A DNA stretch of 62,203 bases, the filler included, from Choristocarpus tenellus KU-1152 (taxonomy: Eukaryota; Protista; Phaeophyceae): the NCBI GenBank assembly GCA_964200185.2. It is 12 parts of 12 records of this genome, joined end to end, with 100 filler letters (N's around TTAATTAATTAA, not from the genome) between each part and the next. Parts side by side here need not be neighbours in the genome. Positions count along the whole stretch, not along the records: positions 26,164 to 29,602 come from CAXNAD020020022.1; positions 29,703 to 32,503 come from CAXNAD020024634.1; positions 32,604 to 48,645 come from CAXNAD020000883.1; 9 more parts are not named here. One strand, written 5' to 3'. The translations under genes were made by a program, and so were the position numbers. The notes under the pieces are model-generated. The model ran no database searches. It was given only the letters and a program-made list of their open reading frames with translations, and was not told the DNA's origin. This document shows, in pieces, positions 27,061 to 37,548 of this stretch (the first letter of the stretch is position 1; each line of letters opens with the position of its first letter).

Positions 27061-27365
27061 GACCCAAGGCATTTGAGAGGGAAGGAGTTTCGTCCTGTTT
27101 GTCTGTTCGGGGCTTGGCTTCCCACTATTTTTTTTACGCCCCCGTTTTTGGTTTTCGAAACATTTTGAAACACTAACCCTAACCCTAACCCTAAGTAGGT
27201 AAAACGTGTACAGTACAACAATGACAGTACATTTCGGAGTGTCCGGAGCAAGGATATTGACATTTGCTTGACAAACACGACAGCCAAAAGTACGCACCAA
27301 AATAGCAAGATTGGATTTTGGACCCCAAACGGACGCGGCCCTACCCTCTTAAAATGCTTTGACTC
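27061..27365 (-). mobile_element. MITE family A, diverged subfamily with an internal (TAACCC)n insert
   Basis: GACCCAAGGCATTTGAGAGGG ... CCCTCTTAAAATGCTTTGACTC; flanks ATAA/GTAA. Confidence 0.85.
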
Positions 27366-27559
27366 GTAAGGAGATGTTGAAACCATCACCCTCAACTCTA
27401 AACACGACAGTATGTAGACCTTGCCAACCTGGGTACTGGTTGGACATGCGTAGTGGGTGACATTGAGGCATTACACCTCCCTCAAATTATAAGCTCTGTC
27501 CGAGATTGATCTGTATCTCTCAAGTTATAAGCTCTTTGTATTTTACACCTCGGCTTGGT

Positions 27560-28800
27560 GCTTAACATCCCTGAGACCAGGAAGGCACTGAAAAATCATG
27601 TTCTGTCTGTGGTAAAAACTAAAGGACCTTAACTAGCATGAAGAGCAGTATGACCCCGTCCCCACCCGTGATTGGAGAAAATTTGACCTTCCCTCTGTAG
27701 GGTTGATGTCACATGTTGAAATCTCTGGGATACCCCGTTTTGCTCTAAAAAAAAAAGGGCTCGTGTATGGAAACATGGAGAGGGACAGAACTCACCATTC
27801 CCAAATTCTCTTCAGCTGGAAGCCGCGAGTCATTGAGGAGGGGATAGTTGTTCATCACTTTGACCCTATAAATGATTGAGATGCTTTTTTTGGGAGGGGA
27901 GGTCGCCAATGAAAGTAGGGGATGCAGAATACCATACCGACTTGCATTACATGGTGTAGTAATTGTTGTTATACGTAGTAGTCCATAGCCCTGCATCTGG
28001 CACGGCCCTGACTGCATGAATTTCTATAAACTGATACCGTATTGTTCTGTGGGTCAGGGTTAGGGGGGTGGAGTTTGGTGGGCACTCAACGATGAAACTA
28101 TCTCGTGAGATGGGACTGCACTTTGAAGTATCTAAGCGCATCACACTGCCACCCTTGCCTGGAGGACTTGCTTGCATGCCTCTTTTTGTGTGGACCATGG
28201 TAGGCAAAGTCTCTGGGTTCCCAACCCTCAGGAAACTCCCAGCATAGTGGGCACCCTTCCTTAGGTTTTGTGGTGTTGAGACCAAGGGGTTGGCGCAGGC
28301 GCAGGAGCAGCGCAGGATCGCATCAGGTGGATTGCGCATCAGAATTAGGTTGTGTTAACGGGCAGAGGACCAGGGTTGCACTCGGGTTGAAGTACACGTG
28401 AAGCTGTGAAAGGGTCAGTGAGTCTAAACCTGGGGCCTTCATGAGAAATCATGTCAGTATGCAAAGTACCGTATGAGGTACCAATTCTGTACTTGTACAG
28501 TACATTAGGTAGGGTTCTCAAGTCGGCATGCACATGTGTCCACCTGGCTTTGAAGCAAAACTTCAGGTTGTAAACAAGGCCTCACACCCCTGTGCCGTGG
28601 TTTGCTGCAGCGTACCTGCTTTTCCTACAAGGCAGATTGCACAACTCTCTCCATCCCTGTAGCAAACATAGTCTGCACGGGACGGTTCGCTATCCACGCC
28701 TCTGCCCTCCTCACATTGCGGGCTATTGGTTGTCTCTCCGAGCTTCATCCTTGTCTAATGCCTATAAGGTGGACAGGATCATAGTCAGGGGTGTCTCGCC
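27560..28800 (-). mobile_element. Decayed Ty1/Copia LTR-retrotransposon pol remnant
   Basis: Minus-strand frames give SCAICLVGKA (GAG-pre-integrase CxxCxxGK) followed by ASKPG..VHADL (start of the integrase core); frameshifted. Confidence 0.5.
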
Positions 28801-28863
28801 TTGAAGACCCCGAAGGGAACATATATATCTGTATCTTTGTCTAATACCTATAACCTGGAACAG

Positions 28864-29015
28864 GAGTCAAAGTATCAGAGAGGGGTAGAGCTGCGTCCAT
28901 TCGGGGATCAAAATTCAATGTTGTGATTTTGATTTAATTTTGGCTATCGTGTTTGTTAAGAAGTGTCGATATCCTTATTCTGGACACACCTTTTAATACC
29001 ATACACATTTTGGAT
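28864..29015 (+). mobile_element. MITE family A, 5' half
   Basis: GAGTCAAAGTATCAGAGAGGGGTAGAG plus core; the right half is missing. Confidence 0.85.
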
Positions 29016-29393
29016 ACTTTCACCCACAGACCAGAAACATTTTGGATACTGACATTCACAGCGATAGATGTGAGTAGGTGGGATGTTTGCATCGAAGGGC
29101 GCCCCCCGCTAAAGCGCCTCCTTTTCGTTGAAGAAATGATGCAGAAAAAAAAAAACGTTTTTCTTTGCAAGATTGGTAATGAAAAATAAGTCCCCTGTGT
29201 AATAGAACAAACAAACAAAAATGTTTTGACCGAGCTCTCAAAAGGGTGTACGCTTTGACCCAACAGCGATGACATGGGAGGCACACTCTGCTTGTAAACA
29301 CTCCGGTGTCAAGTTGACATGTACGAACGCCACCATCGTTAGGAGCGCTTGAGATTTTATTTTCACCTATCTTCCACTTCACTCATGTCCATC

Positions 29394-29414
29394 TAACCCT
29401 AACCCTAACCCTAA
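29394..29414. repeat. Interstitial telomere-like (TAACCC)n
   Basis: CTAACCCTAACCCTAACCCTAA. Confidence 0.85.
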
Positions 29415-29492
29415 GCAAAGGTAAACGCTAATCGTTGCCTCATCAATTGGGGACACCGACATAGAGACAATCGCTGTTCCATGCTTGGTGTT

Positions 29493-29602
29493 GGCTCAAA
29501 GTATCTGGGGGGGGGGGGTTGTGGCTGTCCATTTGGGGTCAATTTTTTCCTGTCGCAATTTTTGGGTGATTTTGATGCTTAAGTCGGATGGATAATGCAA
29601 AT
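29493..29602 (+). mobile_element. MITE family B, left half
   Basis: GGCTCAAAGTATCT(G)n...GGCTGTCCATTTGGGGTC. Confidence 0.85.
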
Positions 29603-29902
29603 NNNNNNNNNNNNNNNNNNNNNNNNNNNNNNNNNNNNNNNNNNNNTTAATTAATTAANNNNNNNNNNNNNNNNNNNNNNNNNNNNNNNNNNNNNNNNNN
29701 NNCCCCCCTTCTCCTCTCCTCGTCCCTTGAATTTAGTCTTCCATCCTTCTCCCACAAAACCCCCCCTTTCCCTCGCCTCGATAGTAGACCGTAGAACTGT
29801 CAAGGCCTTGGTAGGAATCTTTTTGCCGTTCCCAACAAGTTTGTCGCACGTCAAAACAATACCGGGTACAAATAACACTGTGTACATACATCAAACCCAC
29901 TT

Positions 29903-30430
29903 CTACACGCCGGAGGATGCTCTTGCGTTAGGTGTACCTTTGCAAGCGTCGATGATATGATTGGATACTCCGAACGATGCCTTGAAAAACTGCGTACAAA
30001 CGGGAATGNNNNNNNNNNCCGCGAGCATAGATCCGCCTCCAGGCCCCAACTTAATGACAGGTACACGGTCACCAACGAAGTGCTTGCGATCACGGTGGTT
30101 CTCACACGCCCGGATGATATCCTGCTCTTTGGCCAACATGCGGGCAAGGAAGGACTTGCTATCTGCCGCGAACTTCTTCAAACAGGCTAAGCGCTTGCAG
30201 CAGTAACCCTGTTTGTTGACCGGGATGGGTTGAGCCCATTCTCGGCGAAGCTTGGTGCCGGTCGCTGAAGCATCATTGGTAGAAAGCTCCAGCGCATCAT
30301 TGTTGGCGGGCTGATGAGGGGGCAACACAGGGGGCGGTGCAGGTGACAAAAGCCACCCCCTTGCTGTGGGAGCAACTGTCAAGGTGTTTTCGGGCAACAG
30401 GCGGTCTTGAGCAGTGAGGAGGTCTAGGAG
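29903..30430 (-). pseudogene. Sola-like DNA transposase, N-terminal fragment
   Basis: The ORF contains YCCKRLACLKKF and IPVCTQFFKASFGVSNHII, matching the Cys cluster and VC...F...xG(I/V)S pattern I recognise from Sola transposase N-termini. It ends at a TAG next to a probable GTGGGT donor; the catalytic core is not in the contig. Confidence 0.55.
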
Positions 30431-31155
30431 TGAATTGAATTCGAAGCCTGGCGTACGATGTTTGAGTTTGAAGAGACCCGTCGGATCAATTTAAAATCCG
30501 TGTTCTGGAAAACGCGTTTATTCTCGCGGTGATGAAATAAAAGCTAGATTCCAATCTGGTCTCAGGCAACAGTCGGTCTTGGGCATGATAGAATCGAATT
30601 CAAAGCCAGGCGTATGAACGATGTTTGAGCTTCGGGCGATCCATCGGACCACCTTGAGATCCATGATCCGGAAAATACGTGCATTATGGTTTTTAGAAAT
30701 TAAAAATTCGATTATATTCATAATTTCAATTAAAAAAAATACAAGCACATACTTAATTGATCTTGTACGTTTCCAATGTTCCGAAACCAAAAGGTGACAA
30801 AAAACTGACACCCTCTAATTGTTTTAAGTACAAAATGTTATATTGTTCGACATTTGTATTTTAAAAATACAAATGTCGACAAAAAGCGGTTTTTGAGTTT
30901 CGGGTGGTCCGTTTTCGGACCACCCGAAACCCTTGAACCGCAAAACACGTGCATTAGGGTTTTTATGAAATAAAATAATATTCTATTCTTAATATCAACA
31001 AATAAAAATACAAACCACATACTTCGTCGATCTAATAAATTTGAAATGTTCCGAAACGAAAAGTTCACAAAAAACTGATACTCTTTATCTGTTATAAATA
31101 TGAAATCGTTTACTGTTCGATATTGGTATTTTTAGAACACAATTATCAACGGAAA
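30431..31155. repeat. AT-rich spacer built from two diverged direct duplications
   Basis: ~85-bp segments at ~30431 and ~30591; ~220-bp segments at ~30672 and ~30942 (period ~270 bp). Confidence 0.75.
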
Positions 31156-31305
31156 GAGAAATCTGGGTTCTTTGGGCACCGACTGACCAGATGAAATAAA
31201 GCAGCACCTCCCAGCCCTCACTCCTCATTTTCATTCCTTCCCTTCCGCACATACCACCAGCAGCTCTTTCTTATCTATCTCCGTCACACCTTCCCAATCT
31301 TCGCC

Positions 31306-32205
31306 ATGTCCAACATTCGCTCAACAACGACCCCCCTGCGTGCCGATGGCACTGCCCACGGATCAAGAGCGTTGGACAGCAATGCCAAGGGCATGTCCTC
31401 GCTCCTCGAACATCACTACCTCGGCATGTACAAGAAGAAACTTGGCAACATCACATGCACGGAGATGGTGTGTCCCCTGAGCGAGCGTGGCCTTGCGCGT
31501 GTCAGCAAGTCCATCCGTGAAAAAGGCTGGCTCGAGCAGTTTGCTCCGTCCGTTGTCATCCAACAAGACTGCTTAGGCAACGGGGACCAGCTCACCGCCG
31601 ACACTGTGCTTGCCGTTCAAGGATGAAAACTGGACGGAAACCATAGAATAACGGTGTTGAAGAGAGAGTTTGATCACGAACATGCTTTCATGATGCGGGT
31701 CTGCATGGAGTTCAACCAAGCAGAAGAGAGGCTAATTGCCAACGGTGGGTGATGGAGTGTTGTCGTTGTTCCATGATCGCCTGACTCTTTTGATCAACTA
31801 AGCAACTAAGTAAGTTGAGTGTTGTCGTTGTTCCATGATCGCCTGATGACTCTTCTAATCTACCAAGTTGCTGCTGTGTTTCCTTTGTTTTGTTCATCGT
31901 CAGTCAGCCCGTTGTTGATCTTTTTGTTGTTGATCTTTTTTATACCTCGTGATCTTTCTGTCAGCAGCAACATGTTACTCACTACTGCCTGCCGCATGTG
32001 TCCCGCGATCGCTTCCCACCTACCCCTTGCCCCGTTTGCCCACTGCACCGCCACGCTTATAGCATTCAACGAAGCGACCGAGAGTGTGGTTGAGCGCACG
32101 CTGTGCGATAAGGTATATTTTTAGCACGAGCTCGAAGAAGCTATCAAGCAACAGATGAAGAGAAAAGAAGTGTCACTAGCAGAGATCCGCAAAATGTACA
32201 AAAAG
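31306..32205 (+). pseudogene. ParB/sulfiredoxin N-terminal-like protein, spliced, two in-frame stops
   Basis: Exon 31306-31744 (RVSKSIREKGWLEQFAPSVV...G*KLDGNHRITVL...EERLIAN), phase-1 GT-AG intron, exon 32063-32205 (AFNEATESVVERTLCDKVYF*HELEE...); stops at 31624 and 32122. Confidence 0.6.
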
Positions 32206-32324
32206 GTGAGGGAGTTGTCAATGTTGGTGGGATGATGGTGCTCTACTCCTCCTCTTGTTGGGTTACAGCTGTTGTGAAGATCTCTCTGTGTCCTCCTATT
32301 CAACCTAAGTTGAGATTGTTATCC

Positions 32325-32503
32325 GAGTGAAAGTATCTTAGAGGGTATGAGTTTTTCTCTGTTTGTCTATTTGGGGCTTGGCTTCCCACGGGTTCTTTTA
32401 TGACGTTTTCATACTTCAAAATGTTTTGGAGTAGGTAAAATATATATGTTATGAAAAGGTGTGTCCGGAACAAGGATATTGACACTTCCTAACAAACACG
32501 ATA
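32325..32503 (-). mobile_element. MITE family A, truncated by contig end
   Basis: GAGTGAAAGTATCTTAGAGGGTATG terminus and core. Confidence 0.9.
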
Positions 32504-32737
32504 NNNNNNNNNNNNNNNNNNNNNNNNNNNNNNNNNNNNNNNNNNNNTTAATTAATTAANNNNNNNNNNNNNNNNNNNNNNNNNNNNNNNNNNNNNNNNN
32601 NNNCCAGGTCTGTCAACAACAAACACCCAAGGATTCACTGATGCCATGTGGACAGGGATATGCCCACCCTAGTAGAAACCACAGAGCAGAGGGAGGTTGG
32701 TGCTTTGAGGAAAAAGACATCCAGATGCATGCATCTA

Positions 32738-35700
32738 TCAGACGTCATCATCATCATATGGGTCGTCCTCCCCACCGTTCATCGAAACCTCAAAATAATC
32801 ATCATCATAGTATGAAAATCCCCCATCATCTCCGGCCACCCTTGATCCCCCTCCACCTCCTGGACTGTGGAGTATCCAGAGCAGCAGGAAGAGTATGACC
32901 CACTCAGCCAAGTGCTTGATAAGGATATACCAGTCCCACCAAAGGGTATCAAACACAAGGTTGAATGATTTGTTCTCTGCCGACACGATTTGGCAATATG
33001 CAGGCGATGGATTGCAGAGAGATGGGAGAGCGAGGGGGTCTTGCTTTGAGGGCGCCTTCATAGTAAGGGGAAATGGTGCTTGAGAGAGTTCCCTGACTAT
33101 TGTTAATGTTGGACAAGATCAAGAAGTCAGTTCAATACGAGGCTATTATTTATTTCGTTAACTAAGGTGTAAAGGAGAATTACCTAGGAAGACAACACAA
33201 TGGACTGCTCTTACAGCTTCTTGACCTGGAACGTAAAAAAAGGGGGGGGGAGGTGCACCAAACCACCCTCAACACTGCAGTGGAGTGCAACCACCTCTAC
33301 AGGCGGAATACGAAAGGGGCCAAATGCACGCACAGAAGAAGAAGAGGAAGAACAGAAAACGAAAAAAAAACAACTAAAAATCAACGCAACGCATGGACTC
33401 TCTCTCTCTCTCTCTCGGTGTAACAAAGAGTCGATCAAGTGTTTGAAAGTTCCATGGGACCTCGGAAGCCAGAAACAAAAGGCACCGGCCAACTAGCAGT
33501 GAGAAGCACAGGAAAACAAAGACAGCAGGAAGAGGGTGTCGCTCAAAGACAGCATACGACAGAGGGGCGTCAAGCGGAGCTGCTGACGCTCTCGCTGTGC
33601 ATCCGATGCAAAAACCCTAGACACAACTCGAAAGCCCCAACCCTAAAACTCGATCTCACTCTTGTAGTAGACAAAGAGTGACGCCGCTACAGCCAGCTCA
33701 CAGGCAGCGCTTAGCACGAAGAAGACGTTGCCCGTTATCGTAATGCGAACGATGCGCCTCACCTGACATTCATGAGACGGTGATTAAAACCCACGAGCAA
33801 AGAGACTTGGAACAACACTGGGGGGGGGGAGGGGGAATAGCCAGCGGCGGCGGGAAGGTATCTTGCGGGGAATTGGGGGCGGGGAAGGGCGGGGGATTCT
33901 TTTCACTTCACAGGACGGGGGAGCAACGTCACCGCTGGATGGAGAGCACAGAAGCGGGTAGATGTGGAGATGAACAAAAAATTGAGTGACTTCGGTGCTC
34001 AAGGCTTGTCATTGGCCATGAGCACCGGTTTAACAAAGGAAGAATGGATGCTCACTGTACGGACAGGTTGCAATGAACACATCGCATGGGGTTGAATCTG
34101 TACGCTGCATCTTCCCATCCCATTTCAGAACAAAGTGGAAGCAAAACTTTTCCACTGCATGTTTTATGCACGGCCCAGACATTCCTTCCTCCAAGACATA
34201 GCACAACTGTGCTTTCACCTCGATAGAATGGTACTCTACAAATCCAGAGAACCACAAAATGTTGGGGGGAGGGGAAGGGGGATATAGAAAAGCTGAAGGT
34301 GATGTGAAATAGTGTGCAAATGACAACTCATAAATAATGGAGGTGGTACCTCTTGCCCGTATCACGGCAGACTAGGAACAAAAGGCCGAAGGTCGTTGAA
34401 GGTTGAATGTGCCATTTGACACATATTTTCTCATGCATGAATTACTGGAAAAATATTTTTTTTCCTAGACAGATATCTTGCTATCAGTTGATATCGCCTT
34501 CTACCCCTGTGGCTTGTGGTTGGTCATAAGCCATCAACATCCCCCCCATAATGCAACTTGATGCAGTTGAAAGCCTGACACGCAAAGAGGGAAGGAGGAA
34601 GAGGGAACCTGAAGGAATTACCCCATTGCGGTGAACGGTTGGCAAAAGACGACATGGGCATGGTGATGCCTGTTGAGGAGGGGGAGGGGCTACTGGGGAG
34701 ACGGCATAGGCCGAAAAATAACTAAGGTAATCGCTTAATCCACTACAGTCAACTAGTGAAACAAAGCCTCTCAATGGATTGCCTGTGCTCTACCGCATAG
34801 CATACCTGGGCCTCTGTGGAGACCTGGTTGATGGCACCCAGGGTCTGCAAGACAGTTCGGAATCTGTGTGAAAACCGGGATATCTCCACACTGCACACCA
34901 ATGATGTAACCAACAGGAAACAACTGGTATTATGGCGCATGGATCCGGACAGGGGAATGAGGGAGAAAATACCAGTGACATGAAAAAAGCATTTGAACGA
35001 TCTCGGTGAGATGAGGGTAGTTGGGAAGGAGCGGTATGTGCATGGATGGAACATGTATGAACTGTTCTTATTGGCATAACAAACCACTCAACACAATATG
35101 AAAGGTCTGAGCTAATGAATACCCGTCAATCCCAACAACTGAAAATGATAACATGGTAACACAACTTTCTGTGGCATGTAACCTACTGCACTCTCATTCC
35201 CCACATAAAAACAAGATCACTTCAATATTTAACATGTACATGGTCTTCCACTCTATTGTATTCCCTGCCATAGGAAACAAAGGAGTCATTGACATACAAG
35301 AGATAGGTCAAACTACGGAGATCAAATGCTTTGAGATGTCCAGTGCACATAACAATGTGCATGAAGTGGTCTGCTCTGTCTTGCCTGGTGTAAAGAATCA
35401 TTCCCTGGCTGCTGTATACATTTCCCAAGAATAGAAAGGCATTAATGGCCTCCACTGCCGCCAAAGACCCAACAACAGTCAGGAACGAAGCCATTGGCCG
35501 CGACGGCTGTGCACTATCCTTGAATATCTGTTTAGATTGAAGTAGGTTGCAGCAAATACGAGATCATAGAGGTGTTGGTGGAAATGGCTGTGGTCCAAAG
35601 GTGCAACACCCAGGGCATAGTATGAATTAGAGTTCTCTATCCTAGCACAAGTGAGACACAAGAACAGCATGTTTGTCTGTAACCACATACAAAAGTCAAT

Positions 35701-36650
35701 GCCTAGGCTCGAGGATGTGAATTAAGGGTGGTGTGTCGACTTTTTACCTGTTGTTGAAAAACATCCATGCTTTAATTCTCAAATCCCCCTGGATACATGC
35801 AGCTATCCAAAAAAATCAAAACCAGTCTTCTCCATCACAGCCTACAGCCTAATCATACCCTATCACCTGCTATATACGGCCCCCTAAACAGATCTTCCCA
35901 CACACACATCCATCTCACACACGCCCACAATCCGCAATCCTCGCCGCCTCTGATGATAGTGGAGGGGGCAGCATCGCACCTTCTTCAACAGGTCAGCCCA
36001 ATATATAACAATGAGGATGAACACGGAGAAGAGGCTAAGGCTGCCCACGCAGACCAACACTTCAGACGCGAAGGTTCCCACCCAGTCTCCATCGAAGGCA
36101 TTAACAGCCTCAGGGGCATAACCTGGTCTTAGAACCTGTCCCCAGCGACGGTGAGCGGTTGTGGTATTGACGTCAGCTATTTGGAAAGGCTAGTCTCGCT
36201 GCTACTCCGGGGACAAGGGGGTAATAGACCCCGCCAAGTCCCTGGCACAGCCCTCATGTATTGCTGTAGAGGGTGGAGGCCCAGCCTACGACCATTCAGA
36301 GGGTTGGAGCACAAGGGCATCCAGGACTGTTGAGGCAGGGGCATTTTCTTCGACTTGAGAGAAGTGGTCAAGAACTTCTTGTAAGGCCTTCAGATGGCCT
36401 CATCACTTCATAATGGACTGGCGGTAACGCTACTTCACTAAAATGGTGTTCTTACCGAGGAGGGGATCAGGAACCACACTGCCCGAAGCAGGGAGGTGAA
36501 AAAGATAAGGAAATAGAAAGTGGTGATCACTGTCTCAGACCCACTCTGGCGAAAGTTCCCACGGGCACGCCTTAGGGCCACCAGGGCAAGAAGGATAAAT
36601 CCCAACCCCAGGACTAAGTCCTTAAGAGCGGGTGCGGAATAGGGGTACAT
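32738..36650 (-). CDS. THH1/TOM1/TOM3-like multi-pass membrane protein, complete 6-exon model, 317 aa
   Basis: Exons 36650-36456, 36135-35980, 35527-35385, 34923-34806, 33762-33660 and 32976-32738 join in frame with consistent phases. About 7 hydrophobic helices; LRAVWFL and FILIVIYWA motifs; acidic C-terminal tail. Confidence 0.8.
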
Positions 36651-37548
36651 GGGTCAGTGAGTTAGGGCATAGGGGGAAGGGGTATCTCGAGGCTCATTGA
36701 GGATCCGCCAGCACTACATGTAGAGAACACCATCCACGATTAACAAGTTGAAACAGACCATTGCCTGTAGTCAGCTTTGATATAAATTGGTATGGAAAAT
36801 TCTGTGAGGCAACCTTGCAAACAGGAATACACACTTGTCGATACTCGAACGCCGTCTCTGCAGCCATTTGACCATAACACGCTGTTGGTTAGATCTCCAG
36901 CCCTTATCCAATCGAAGGCCTATCGTCAACGGGCGGCCTTCTAACTAATGGAAAGGGGTGTAGAGACGCATAAACTTAGACACTCTCTTCGAAGTAGTTT
37001 ATTCCAATTCACGCTATCAAGCATGTGGAGATATCGGTCAACCCTCTATATTTAAAAGATGGTCATACCTCTCCCGATTTCTGTTTAAATCACTTTATCA
37101 ATTCAAAAAATGAAAGAGTATCAGTAGTGTAGTTATAAAAGTCGCACAACAAAACACCACATCAAACAGCGAATAATCACGTTCCAGTGAGGACAATCAC
37201 GTGTTCTACAGCGCCCTCCACAACTGTTGATCCTGTTACGAGTGAACTCCACCCCTCATGTGATTCAAGCTCTCAACAGGACAATGGAATGACAAGTAAG
37301 CTAGTGGAATGGATTTGGAAAGAGATGGGGTTCGTATCCAAGGTTGCCACATCGCATGGCCCACAGACTTTCCATTTCTACCTCTAACCCATTCCAACAC
37401 GCGCATCATTATGTAGATCAGAATATTGATGTCTGCCCGTCTATTCCCCATTGCTTGAGGAAGCTCTGAAAATGAGGCTGACGAAATAGGGTTCACCTGT
37501 TGCAGTTGTTGGGACGCAACATCTTACAGTCGTCAGGAGGAGAGTCAT

